In this document: positions 1 through 9,361 of the stretch, piece after piece
How positions within the stretch are numbered: position 1 is the first letter of the stretch
How the letters are laid out: every line of letters begins with the position of its first letter
Source: Desulfosudaceae bacterium
GTDB taxonomy: Bacteria; Desulfobacterota; Desulfobacteria; Desulfobacterales; Desulfosudaceae
NCBI GenBank assembly: GCA_963674745.2
Contig: CAXXDV010000003.1
Coordinates: forward strand, 992,001 to 1,056,000
Direction: 5' to 3'
DNA: 64,000 bases
Position numbers and translations under genes: made by a program
The notes under the pieces: generated by a model
Databases searched by the model: none
Told to the model about the DNA's origin: nothing
Seen by the model: the letters and a program-made list of their open reading frames with translations, nothing else

Positions 1-2004
1 TTTGCCCGCGGCGGCATTGCCTACTACTATTTCCTGCAGGGTGATATCAAGGCCTGCAAAAAATATCTCGACCTTACCCTCAAAGACGGCGAAAAAGCCG
101 GTCTGGTCCGGCAATACACCTCGCCGGAATTTCTTGAAATGGGTTTTGCCCTGTACAAAGCCGGATTTTCCCTGTATTCCGACGGCGACCTGCAGAATGA
201 AAGCATTCGTATCATGTCGGAAAACAATCTTCATCTGCGGGGCGTCATGCTGCGACTGGCGGCCGTCAGACGGTTTGAGTCCGGGGGGAATGCCGAAGAC
301 CTTAAAAGAGACCTCCAACTCAGCGCAGACTGGCTGCAGACCGCGGGAACGCCGGTTCAGCTTGCCAGAACCCGCTTTGAGCTTATCCGCATTCATTTAA
401 AAACCGGCGCCACCGAACAAGCGCGTCAGCTGGCGCAAAAGGCCTGGAGAGACCTGGCCGGATATGGCGAACAATTTTACCCGGATGATTTACGTCCCCT
501 TCTGCCGCCGACCCAGGATCCGGCCGTTGACGAAACCACGGAGGAAGTGTTTTTCACCCGATTTATCAGTATCGTTCAGGATATAATGCCCGCGCCGGAT
601 CCGGAAGCATTGCTGACCCGTCTTGTCAAATCCACAAACCGGTATTTCGGGGCGGAAAGAGGGGCGCTGTTCTGGTTTGACAATAAAAATCTTAAAAAGG
701 CCCCGGTCCTGCGCGCCGCAAGTAACATTACGGATGAAGAGGTGTTTGCCGAGAGGTTCCGATCCAACCTGGCCCTGGTATTCGAAGCCTTCCGGAACAA
801 CCGTCTGCAAATGATCCGTGGCGGGCAAACGAACCGGGGGGAATTTAAAAACAAGGCGGTTTTATGTCTTCCCTTTGAAATCGAAGGTGAAATCCGCGGG
901 GTTCTTTATCACGACAATTCATACCTTTCCGATTGCTTCAATTTTCTCAGCGAAACCCAGCTGAGTCGCCTGATCCCGGCGCTCGGTAATTATATCGAAC
1001 ATGCCTGCGGGTTGAGCCGCGGAATCGAGGCCTTGACAGACCGGCCCCTGATTGCATCGGAACAGTCGACCAGGACGGAAATTGTGGGTAACAGCACCGG
1101 ACTGAACAACGTTTTAGCACAGATTGACAGGATTGCCGTTACCGACAGCACGGTTCTGGTTTTAGGGGAAACCGGGGTCGGCAAGGAGCTGATTGCCGGG
1201 CGCATACATGATAAAAGCCCGCGCAGTGACCGGCCCCTGGTTATCATCGACCCTACCAGTATTCCGGAAAACCTTGTGGAAAGCGAACTGTTCGGTCATG
1301 AAAAAGGCGCCTTTACCGGCGCTGACCGGCAGAAAAAGGGGCTCATGGAACTGGCCCACAAGGGTACCCTGTTCATTGACGAGATCGGGGAAATCCCGCT
1401 GTCCGCCCAGGTTAAACTGCTTCGGGCGATCCAGGAAAAAACCTTCATGCGGGTCGGCGGGACACAGACAATTTCCAGCGATTTCCGCCTGGTTGTGGCC
1501 ACCAACAGAGACCTTGTCGAGGAAGTGGCCGCCGGGCGGTTTCGGGAAGACCTGTATTACCGCTTGAATGTCATTCCGATTCTTATCCCGTCCTTAAGAG
1601 AAAGAAAAAAAGATATTCTCCATCTGGCCCGCTATTTTATAAAGCGATACGCTGTCCGCTACAACCGCCCTGAATTTGAACTTGATGAAGAGCAGCAGGG
1701 CGCTCTGCTTGCATATGCCTGGCCGGGGAATATCCGGGAACTCAAGAATATCATTGAAAGGGGCGTTTTGCTGTCAACCGACGACCGCCTGGGGCTTGAT
1801 CTGCCTTTGAGCCCGACCCCGCCGTCAACCACGGAGAATCCGTTCACGGACATGCCCACCCTGGATGAAGTTCAGGGACGCTATATCTCTCATGTGCTGA
1901 GGGAGACAAAAGGGAGAATCGGCGGACCGGACGGCGCGGCCGCCATCCTCGGCATCAACCGGACGACCCTTTACCACCGTATGAAAAAACTCGGCATCCG
2001 CTGA
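1..2004 (+). CDS. sigma54-dependent enhancer-binding protein (helical N-term, GAF, AAA+, Fis-type HTH); 5' end outside window
   Basis: Frame open from base 1; GETGVGKE Walker A, ESELFGHEKGAFTGA, FIDEIGE, WPGNIREL, C-terminal [20 protein letters not shown]. Confidence 0.95.
   Translation, partial: FARGGIAYYYFLQGDIKACKKYLDLTLKDGEKAGLVRQYTSPEFLEMGFALYKAGFSLYSDGDLQNESIRIMSENNLHLRGVMLRLAAVRRFESGGNAEDLKRDLQLSADWLQTAGTPVQLARTRFELIRIHLKTGATEQARQLAQKAWRDLAGYGEQFYPDDLRPLLPPTQDPAVDETTEEVFFTRFISIVQDIMPAPDPEALLTRLVKSTNRYFGAERGALFWFDNKNLKKAPVLRAASNITDEEVFAERFRSNLALVFEAFRNNRLQMIRGGQTNRGEFKNKAVLCLPFEIEGEIRGVLYHDNSYLSDCFNFLSETQLSRLIPALGNYIEHACGLSRGIEALTDRPLIASEQSTRTEIVGNSTGLNNVLAQIDRIAVTDSTVLVLGETGVGKELIAGRIHDKSPRSDRPLVIIDPTSIPENLVESELFGHEKGAFTGADRQKKGLMELAHKGTLFIDEIGEIPLSAQVKLLRAIQEKTFMRVGGTQTISSDFRLVVATNRDLVEEVAAGRFREDLYYRLNVIPILIPSLRERKKDILHLARYFIKRYAVRYNRPEFELDEEQQGALLAYAWPGNIRELKNIIERGVLLSTDDRLGLDLPLSPTPPSTTENPFTDMPTLDEVQGRYISHVLRETKGRIGGPDGAAAILGINRTTLYHRMKKLGIR
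1832..2004 (+). repeat. 173-bp direct repeat copy 1 (HTH-coding 3' end of the sigma54 activator)
   Basis: Matches 2710-2882 with about 10 mismatches by manual alignment; last ~64 bp identical. Confidence 0.95.
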
Positions 2005-2031
2005 CTTCCCGTCTTTTCAGATTACGGTGAA

Positions 2032-2481
2032 TTACGGCAGATTCTCAAGATCATTCAAATCTTTGAAGCGGCCGCTTGCTTTTTTGTTTATTCTGAGGTT
2101 TTCAAGATCGATGATTTTAATCTTCGTATCATCAATGCTGTCCTCAATGCGGGCCATATAGCAGGTTTGAAAATCTACGCCGGAAATTGTTGTCAGGAGT
2201 TCGATTCGTATGGGTGCGTTTCCCATTCGAAGGACCTTGTCTTTCTGGAGAAATAATGATTCTTTAATCTCCGGAAGATCAAAACCGAATTCCTTCAGCA
2301 CCACCACCAATTTCTTTGCGTTCTCCTGGCTTGATCCAATCCAGATATCCAGATCAGTCGTTGCGCGTGGATAACCATGATAGCCGACGGCATAACCGCC
2401 GATCAGCAGATAGTCAACCTTATGAGCGTTCAGCAACTTCAAAAAATCTTTGAAGTCTTGCGGTAGAGATGTTTTGTCCAT
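2032..2481 (-). CDS. Minimal nucleotidyltransferase-fold protein
   Basis: YLLIGGYAVGYHGYPRATTDLDIW (GG...DxD) and NKKASGRFKDLNDLENL motifs. Confidence 0.85.
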   Translation of the reverse strand: MDKTSLPQDFKDFLKLLNAHKVDYLLIGGYAVGYHGYPRATTDLDIWIGSSQENAKKLVVVLKEFGFDLPEIKESLFLQKDKVLRMGNAPIRIELLTTISGVDFQTCYMARIEDSIDDTKIKIIDLENLRINKKASGRFKDLNDLENLP

Positions 2482-2617
2482 AATTTATTCTGCGCATCAT
2501 TTCGATTGCGAAAAAACGATCCTGTGGCGACTGTTGCAGCCAGAAAGTGTGATCGTTTTGTTCATCTCTTAGATTATGAACGGTGAGAATGTTTTTATTG
2601 AGTCGTTCGTCAAGCAT
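2420..2617 (-). CDS. Small protein overlapping the nucleotidyltransferase start (putative partner/TA-like pair)
   Basis: FWLQQSPQDRFFAIEMMRRINYG pattern resembles small genes preceding this NTase type; ATG at 2617. Confidence 0.65.
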   Translation of the reverse strand: MLDERLNKNILTVHNLRDEQNDHTFWLQQSPQDRFFAIEMMRRINYGQNISTARLQRFFEVAERS

Positions 2618-2705
2618 AGATTTTATCAATCCTTAGAAGTATAAGCGGATATTTAATAATAGCAGTTTCCCAGATAAAGTAACAAGAAAATTCTGAATAT
2701 AGAAT

Positions 2706-4682
2706 TCAGCGGACAATCCGTTCACGGACAGGCCCACCCTGGATAAAGCTCAGGGACGCTATATCGCCCATGTGCTGAGGGAGACTAAAGGGCGAATCGG
2801 CGGTCCGGACGGCGCGGTCGCCATCCTCGGCATCAACCGGACGACCCTTTACCACCGTATGAAAAAACTCGGCATCCGCTGATTTTCCTGCGCTCAAAAC
2901 AAACGGTTTAATGTAGTCACAAAACATGGCCCTGACCGCCGGGTTTTTTTCCCTGCTGTAGAGACGCTCAAAAACACCGACATAACCTGTTTTCTTATTG
3001 GAATAGGCCATGGAAGAGACGTGGTCCAGATGGGCGCTGACGCCAAGATGGATGCCGGTTCCGGAAAGCCAGTCGATGAACCGTTCCCTGATACTGATGC
3101 TGCCGTTTGCGGTCGGTTTGGCCCAGGCTTTTCTGCCCGAACAGAGTCCTGTCCGTAAGGCTGTTTTGGTGGAACAGACCCTTTTTAACATGTCGTACAT
3201 CATGAAAAAAGTGACCAGGGGACTGTTTTTTAATGCGTCCGGAATTTCCCGGTTTGACTCCATCAAATCCGATGTGGACAACGAACAGAAATAAGGGGTG
3301 GTTCCCTGCCTGCCGTACATGAATGTGCCTTTTTTTTGGGAGTCTGAAAAGTTTTTCGAGCCCGGCAGATCATTTAATACAGTAGCCTGTAGCGTAATCC
3401 CGTTTTCCAGGCAGAAGTCGGCCACTTCAACCCCGGAGTGATCATCCAGGGCGTTGAAGTAATCATGCGGCAAACCGGTGATAAAGGCCCCGTGGAGACT
3501 GATGCCCTGGTCCTGAATTTTTCTGATCTGCCGGGAATAGTATTCCGGCACGCTCAGGTGCTTTTTTTCAATGGCCCGAACAGCGTTCTTGCCGATCAAC
3601 CGGAGGTTTTCCAGGTTCAGCGATTCCATACCAATGAAAAAATGACAGCAGCCGGATCGCCTCATTTTTTTCATCAGTTTTGGTTCATCGGCGATATCGA
3701 TGGATATCTGGGTAAGGTAATTGATTTTCACCCGTCTTCTGATGAGTTCATCGAGAATCTCTTCCAACCTTTTTCTGCTGATAAGCATGTTATCCGGCAG
3801 AAACACGTAGAATCGATTTTTAAAGTTGACGCCTTCTTTCTGAAAATATTCGATTTCATCGACAAAATCCTTAGGTGAACGGGAGGTGAATTGACGCTGG
3901 TTTTTCGGCACAGCCGAAATAGAGCAGAAACTGCATGAATAAGGGCAGCCCAGGTAAGGCGCGGCCACCCGGGCCCTGGAAATACGGCTGATATATCTTC
4001 CGATGACCGGCAGTTTTTTGAGGAAAGGCGGTTCGACTTCCGGAAGCGGATGAATGTTGTCATTTCCCCATACATTATCTTCAAGCGTAACGGTCCCGGC
4101 ATATTCGGGTTTTAAACAGCGTTGCTTCAGGTCAGCAATTACTTCCCGGATGACATTTGAATCCCCGGGCCCCCGAACCTGGCTGATAAGTTCAGGATGA
4201 GGTACGTGTGGTTTGACAAACCGTTCAATGTCGTCAGGAACCGAGGAGACATGAATGCCGCCGATAATCACCGGGATCTCCCCAAAATTCAGGGCGACAG
4301 TTACCAACACTGCAACGGGAAAATTGGCGCTGATGGCGGTAATAAAAACAGCCCGGGGCTTGTTCCCCTGTTTTTTGATAATATCACGGATTTTCCGCCG
4401 CCGGCCGTCAGCGATGAATATGGCAATATCCTTTTGAATCGCGGCCACCTGATTGGCGATATAATAGGTGGCGTAATTTTCAAAGCCGAAAAACTCGTTT
4501 AAGCCATGCCTGAATTTTGACCTATCAAAATTCAAAAACTCAATATAATTTTCTTTGTTCAGTTCTGTGGCTTTGCGGTTAGTCAGATATGCGAGAACAT
4601 CCGGAAGCGAGGCCGTTTGATTGCCGACCATTCCCATCAGGTCATAAGTGACCGGATTATACATGATATAGTAATCTTGCAT
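2706..4682 (-). CDS. B12-binding/radical SAM protein
   Basis: GCPYSCSFC CxxxCxxC motif, VIIGGIHVS cobalamin-domain motif, FIGMES; last ~58 codons are the antisense of the HTH repeat. Confidence 0.85.
   Translation of the reverse strand: MQDYYIMYNPVTYDLMGMVGNQTASLPDVLAYLTNRKATELNKENYIEFLNFDRSKFRHGLNEFFGFENYATYYIANQVAAIQKDIAIFIADGRRRKIRDIIKKQGNKPRAVFITAISANFPVAVLVTVALNFGEIPVIIGGIHVSSVPDDIERFVKPHVPHPELISQVRGPGDSNVIREVIADLKQRCLKPEYAGTVTLEDNVWGNDNIHPLPEVEPPFLKKLPVIGRYISRISRARVAAPYLGCPYSCSFCSISAVPKNQRQFTSRSPKDFVDEIEYFQKEGVNFKNRFYVFLPDNMLISRKRLEEILDELIRRRVKINYLTQISIDIADEPKLMKKMRRSGCCHFFIGMESLNLENLRLIGKNAVRAIEKKHLSVPEYYSRQIRKIQDQGISLHGAFITGLPHDYFNALDDHSGVEVADFCLENGITLQATVLNDLPGSKNFSDSQKKGTFMYGRQGTTPYFCSLSTSDLMESNREIPDALKNSPLVTFFMMYDMLKRVCSTKTALRTGLCSGRKAWAKPTANGSISIRERFIDWLSGTGIHLGVSAHLDHVSSMAYSNKKTGYVGVFERLYSREKNPAVRAMFCDYIKPFVLSAGKSADAEFFHTVVKGRPVDAEDGDRAVRTADSPFSLPQHMGDIASLSFIQGGPVRERIVR
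2710..2882 (+). repeat. 173-bp direct repeat copy 2 (orphan HTH-coding fragment)
   Basis: cggacaatccgttcacggac...ggcatccgctga, offset 878 bp from copy 1. Confidence 0.95.
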
Positions 4683-4762
4683 TTTTTTTAAACAGCAAAG
4701 CCTGTCGGCCGGCCGCCCCCCTTGTTTTTTGTTAATACAAAGACCTCTTCCCCGAAAGGGCA

Positions 4763-4792
4763 GGGGCCGTCGTATCTTTAATTGACGGCCCC
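4763..4792. terminator. GC-rich hairpin downstream of the 4842-6296 gene
   Basis: ggggccgtc-N12-gacggcccc inverted repeat; no clear adjacent U-tract. Confidence 0.45.
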
Positions 4793-4841
4793 GGCAGGCG
4801 TCAAACGCTCAAAACAACTAACGCCCCAATTGCATGAAATC

Positions 4842-6296
4842 TTATTGCGGTTCGATACGAACTATCCCGCTCAAAGTGCCCTGCCAGTAGACGTCGTTTA
4901 TACCGATATTACCGGCCATCTGAAGGGTGTCCGAAAAAAGCCCGGAACCGATTTTGGTCTGCTTCATCACCGCGCCGGTATCAGAGTCAATGACGGTAAA
5001 ATAGTAATCATCCGATGTACTGCGTTCCACCGTGTAAATATACTCGTCTGCCGTTGACAATTTCGGCACCGCGGCCGAGCGTACGTTGTTTTCCCAGACA
5101 ATAGTGCCTGAAGCGCATGATGAATCACCGGCACAGTCATTAATATCCACCCGGACCATGCCGCCCACGAAATCGGCGCTTTCCGGAATCGAGTCTTCGG
5201 CACCTTCGGGCAGCTGCGGGTAGGGATACCCATAGGTGGAAGCGACGATAACGGTATTGCCGACGCCAATGGCTGAATTTTCGGTTCCGGAATTCACTCC
5301 TGCCGTAAAGATCGGCTGCTTGCAGACCAGGCGACCGTCGTCAGAATCAAGAACAATAAGGGAAATTTGGCCGTCGGCGTTATCCGTCAGCATGACATAG
5401 TCCGTGCCGGTATACGGTCCAAAAAAGGTCGGGGTAGCGCCGCTGCCGTGGCTCAACTGCCCGGGCTTGCGGGCTGAACCGGCGTCATACGCGTACCGCC
5501 AGGCAACATAGGGCTGGTTGTCATAATCCTGCCATAACAGGTAAATGGCCTTGCTGGTGACAACGGCCGCCCGGCCGTCAACAGTCGTAGAAAAGGAATT
5601 GTCGATCCGCTCGTCATCTCCCAGTTTCAGCCATGAAATGTTCTGCCCGACCGGGGCGTTGGGATCGTATATCCCGACCACAGATTTCTGGGTGGCAAAC
5701 CAGATGGTATCGTCGGCACCGGCGCTGATACTCACCACCGCGTCACAATCGCTGCTGCCGCAATGACCGGTCACGGCGGACAGAAGCGATACGCTTTCTG
5801 CAACGGACAGCTCCCACCAGGTGGAAAACCAGAAACTTTTTTCTTCGGCTTTAACGCGGATTAAATTCTGGCCGCCGTCAACCATAACCAGCCGGTCCTG
5901 GGTATCAAGGCAGGCGTATACACCGCCCAGCAGGCTGCCGGCCTCCAGCGACAGCCGGGCCTTTTCCTTGCCGTTGCGCTGTTTAAGCAGGCGGACGACC
6001 GGATTTCTTCCTAGCATGCTGGTACTTAAAACAAAAGGTTTGCCATCTGACCGTATCAGCATGGTCGGACAGGCGGCCCAGAGCAACCGGGTGACGACAT
6101 CAACATTGGCCACACCCGGCCCGGGAAGCGGCGATGTGTCGGACGAGGCGACATCCCCGTGCATGCTGGATGCGCCGTCCAGTCCTACATAGGGGAAGGT
6201 CGGCGCAACCGTTCCGGTTACGGCCAAGACCGTTTGTGCACTGATAAGCATAATCAGCATAACTACTGTGAACGAAATAATATTTAACTTTTTCAT
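4842..6296 (-). CDS. Secreted hypothetical protein, probable beta-propeller
   Basis: 484-aa ORF with signal peptide and RBS; beta-rich, GSGATPT motif. Confidence 0.75.
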   Translation of the reverse strand: MKKLNIISFTVVMLIMLISAQTVLAVTGTVAPTFPYVGLDGASSMHGDVASSDTSPLPGPGVANVDVVTRLLWAACPTMLIRSDGKPFVLSTSMLGRNPVVRLLKQRNGKEKARLSLEAGSLLGGVYACLDTQDRLVMVDGGQNLIRVKAEEKSFWFSTWWELSVAESVSLLSAVTGHCGSSDCDAVVSISAGADDTIWFATQKSVVGIYDPNAPVGQNISWLKLGDDERIDNSFSTTVDGRAAVVTSKAIYLLWQDYDNQPYVAWRYAYDAGSARKPGQLSHGSGATPTFFGPYTGTDYVMLTDNADGQISLIVLDSDDGRLVCKQPIFTAGVNSGTENSAIGVGNTVIVASTYGYPYPQLPEGAEDSIPESADFVGGMVRVDINDCAGDSSCASGTIVWENNVRSAAVPKLSTADEYIYTVERSTSDDYYFTVIDSDTGAVMKQTKIGSGLFSDTLQMAGNIGINDVYWQGTLSGIVRIEPQ

Positions 6297-6366
6297 GCTG
6301 CCCCCCTTTAATCGCTCTTTATCGAATATGACCTTTTTCCTGGTTATTGCTTACCGCCTGATAAAT

Positions 6367-6687
6367 TCATCCCTCGTTGATATATCGCACACCACACCCA
6401 AATCGACGATCATCTCCTTCCTCTATCTGTCTGCACCAACAGACTTCCGCGGGACGATAGTCCCAGGTGTTTAGACCAACCCGATCAGGGGCCGAGGTCT
6501 TTTTTAATTTAATCATAATGTAGTCCCCTGCCTTTAATGGATCGGAATCTTCAAAATACGCCCCCCCCCCTTTACTGTAATTCATCATCAATGTGGAAGA
6601 TAAGATCATCGGCTCATCTCTTAATATCACCACCGGGACTTCACATTTGAATCGAGGGTGCGCCCGATGCTCTTTTTGCTTATTCAT
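6367..6687 (-). CDS. PilZ-domain protein
   Basis: EHRAHPRF (RxxxR) and NYSKGG (D/NxSxxG) motifs. Confidence 0.8.
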   Translation of the reverse strand: MNKQKEHRAHPRFKCEVPVVILRDEPMILSSTLMMNYSKGGGAYFEDSDPLKAGDYIMIKLKKTSAPDRVGLNTWDYRPAEVCWCRQIEEGDDRRFGCGVRYINEG

Positions 6688-6875
6688 TCAGATATACCCG
6701 TTGTGTTTTTTTAAGAAAGCCGAGCTATTAATATTTTTTCCAATTATCGGCGGATATCTCTATGTGTTTTTTCCTGTTATATTCATCTGATCTCAAAGTC
6801 CAAACAATAACGAAGACTTTTTTCCTTGTCGCCGAAAAGATGTGCTTGCTTTCGAAATATTATTGTTATTCTCAA

Positions 6876-6892
6876 AGCAAATTCAGTGCCAC
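6876..6892 (-). promoter_or_regulatory. sigma54 (-24/-12) promoter upstream of the PilZ gene
   Basis: Minus strand TGGCAC-TGAAT-TTGC; IHF-like AT tract ~6900-6925 and tgttga-tatg-ttgaca near-palindrome at 6951-6966 upstream. Confidence 0.8.
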
Positions 6893-7084
6893 AGAATTAT
6901 TATTATAACAATTTGATTTTATTTACTTAAAAAATAAACAGAATGGTCTGTGTTGATATGTTGACAATTTGCTGTTCATTATTAAACACTAGGAGAGCAA
7001 AAAGCGATAACCAGCCCCAAACAATACTAATCGTTGGTTGAGATAATTCCGTTTTCATCCTACCCGCCATGCAGGGGCATGAAA

Positions 7085-7257
7085 ACCGGAAGAAAAGCAA
7101 ATTGACACAGGCGCAGTTGGCCAAGCGGTTGAACTCCAGCCAGTCCAGGGTCGCAAAAATGGATACCGGCGATCCCAGTGTTTCTGTTGATCTTTTGGTA
7201 AAATCCCTGCTGGCTCTGGGAGGCGACAAAAATAGCATCGCAAAAGCCATTATCTGA
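7085..7257 (+). pseudogene. 3' half of the Xre/HigA antitoxin (third, partial copy)
   Basis: Near-identical to the 3' part of 13045-13353 and 14578-14886; homology to copy 2 continues ~65 bp past the stop. Confidence 0.9.
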
Positions 7258-7428
7258 GATTCATTAGCGTACTTTCCTATCAGGTTCGGATTGTATTTCT
7301 CCCAAAGGGAATCCGCAGCTTGTTCATGCGCTTTCTGAGCGTGTTAGTCTGACTTCATCCCGTATTCCGTTGCCAGGACACTCTAATTCTGAACTGTTTC
7401 ATGGCTGTCCCTGGATTTTGCAATTGAA

Positions 7429-9285
7429 CTATTCAAATTTAAACCAATCTATATTACATACGTGATTAGAGTCATCATTAATGAATTCTAATTGAATATT
7501 ATTCATTCCTGCAACAGGATTAATGTCTGTTGTTAATTGATTATAGTCAGTCCAGGTTCCTGTTGATGGCAAATAAATAAAACCGATAATTTCTTCATCT
7601 GTTGTTTTAATGATTATAAAACTGTTGTTCTGCGGCGTTGCATAATTTATTTTGACTTTTGTCGCGCCATTACCAAAATTTACGTTTGCATACACTGAAG
7701 AACTACTATGATTAACCCATCCCAATACACTCCCGGAAACAACAAGGCTGTCATAATCATCACACGCTTCGGCCTGAATAGGAGAGAATGCATCTTTTTC
7801 AGGCAGAGGTGTCAGATCAAATGTTATCCAGTCAATATTTAACAGGTATGAGTCGCCACCTGTAAACACGAAGTCGACATCATGTACTCCGGCGATGAAA
7901 GGGATATCAACTTCCTTGTTAATCCAGTTATGCCACCCGCCGGTATTACCGATTGAGGTTTCCCCTTTATAAATATTATCGATATAAATTTTTACAGTGC
8001 CGCCATGATAATCAGAAGCCAATCTCATATTAACTATGTTGGCGCCACGGCCAAAGTCAATTTTGTTGAATTTAATAAAGTCGTTGTTGTTGATGTAGGC
8101 TACATGTGATCCGCCTGAGCTATATAATCCGCTTTCCAAAAGAATTCCTCGTTGAGCAATATAATCTTCTGCTTCGATTATTGAGGATGCCTCCGTAATG
8201 GATAAAGGGATATTTAATATATCGTAAAGAGCCGCTTCGCCATGGTTTTGATGATAATAAAAATCATTGGACAACTCCTTTATGTAATTGTTTTTTACGA
8301 CACTGGAAAGGTTTGGATTTTTATCGTCGATAGTCGAGTCCAGCCAATCAAAATAGGTCGCTTCATTCCAGACACGCTGCCATTCCCACGAAATATAATT
8401 GAACGCCTTAACACTTTTTCGGCTTCTGATCAGCGAGAAAAACGGATCAAAAAATATATTCCAATCCAGGTCATGGTTTACGCCAACTTTTCTAGGTGTT
8501 ATTTCAGCTAAGATGACCGGCTTATAAAGAATCTCTTCCGCATATCTGAAAAATTCATTTGTATAAGGGTTGTTAAACCGATATGCTTCAAAAATATCAA
8601 TACTCAACCAATCAGGCGGATTGATTTCCGGATACCATCTATTAAAATCTTCCCTGAATTCCCCGGCAAAATTACGGGATAAAAAACATAATACAGTCGC
8701 ATACATTGGATTATCAAGCATGCCGTTATTGTCCATTGCAGTTGTAAATCTATTCCAGAAAAACTTGTATTCAGATTCGTTATATCCCTTGGAATAACCG
8801 GTGTTAATTTCGTATTCAATACGAAAGAGGATGGGAATGTTCAGTGATTTTGCTTTTTTGCAAAAATCATCAAATTGCTGCATATTCGGAATTAATGGCG
8901 CATCATTCCACATTACTGAAATCAGCAGAACAGCGGACGCTTCTTTGAATGCATTAACATTGATATTTACATATTCTTCATCCCATCCGGAGTAAGAGAC
9001 TGTGTTTGTATAACCGCCATCAATGTAGGGCATAATAGAAACGTATATATTATCCAGAACTGCTTTCGCAGAATTCTTCTGCAGTTGATAATCCTCCATA
9101 TTCTTCAAAACAATTTGGAAATTATCATAAGAAGTCGGCACAACCTGCTGCCCCAGTCCATGCAGAACGCCTGTTTCAGGCTCAAGGGCAGCGCCGTAAT
9201 ATGCTCTTTGTGTATAAGGGCTTAAAGAATAAGCATTTGAGGCAGAGATAATTAATAAAAAAATGATAAAAAACAGCCTTTTCAT
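7429..9285 (-). CDS. Secreted GH26-like glycoside hydrolase with two CBM6-like modules
   Basis: Signal peptide; FRIEYE and KPVILAE candidate catalytic Glu motifs, WYP..DW; two EAE..IDFG..TGGW..NIDW repeats; AT-rich. Confidence 0.75.
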   Translation of the reverse strand: MKRLFFIIFLLIISASNAYSLSPYTQRAYYGAALEPETGVLHGLGQQVVPTSYDNFQIVLKNMEDYQLQKNSAKAVLDNIYVSIMPYIDGGYTNTVSYSGWDEEYVNINVNAFKEASAVLLISVMWNDAPLIPNMQQFDDFCKKAKSLNIPILFRIEYEINTGYSKGYNESEYKFFWNRFTTAMDNNGMLDNPMYATVLCFLSRNFAGEFREDFNRWYPEINPPDWLSIDIFEAYRFNNPYTNEFFRYAEEILYKPVILAEITPRKVGVNHDLDWNIFFDPFFSLIRSRKSVKAFNYISWEWQRVWNEATYFDWLDSTIDDKNPNLSSVVKNNYIKELSNDFYYHQNHGEAALYDILNIPLSITEASSIIEAEDYIAQRGILLESGLYSSGGSHVAYINNNDFIKFNKIDFGRGANIVNMRLASDYHGGTVKIYIDNIYKGETSIGNTGGWHNWINKEVDIPFIAGVHDVDFVFTGGDSYLLNIDWITFDLTPLPEKDAFSPIQAEACDDYDSLVVSGSVLGWVNHSSSSVYANVNFGNGATKVKINYATPQNNSFIIIKTTDEEIIGFIYLPSTGTWTDYNQLTTDINPVAGMNNIQLEFINDDSNHVCNIDWFKFE

Positions 9286-9361
9286 CGTTCCCCCCTTTTA
9301 AATGATATTTGACTCTATTTCCCAGAGTAGTTGAACGAAGCCGCTGACAACAGGGTTTCGA

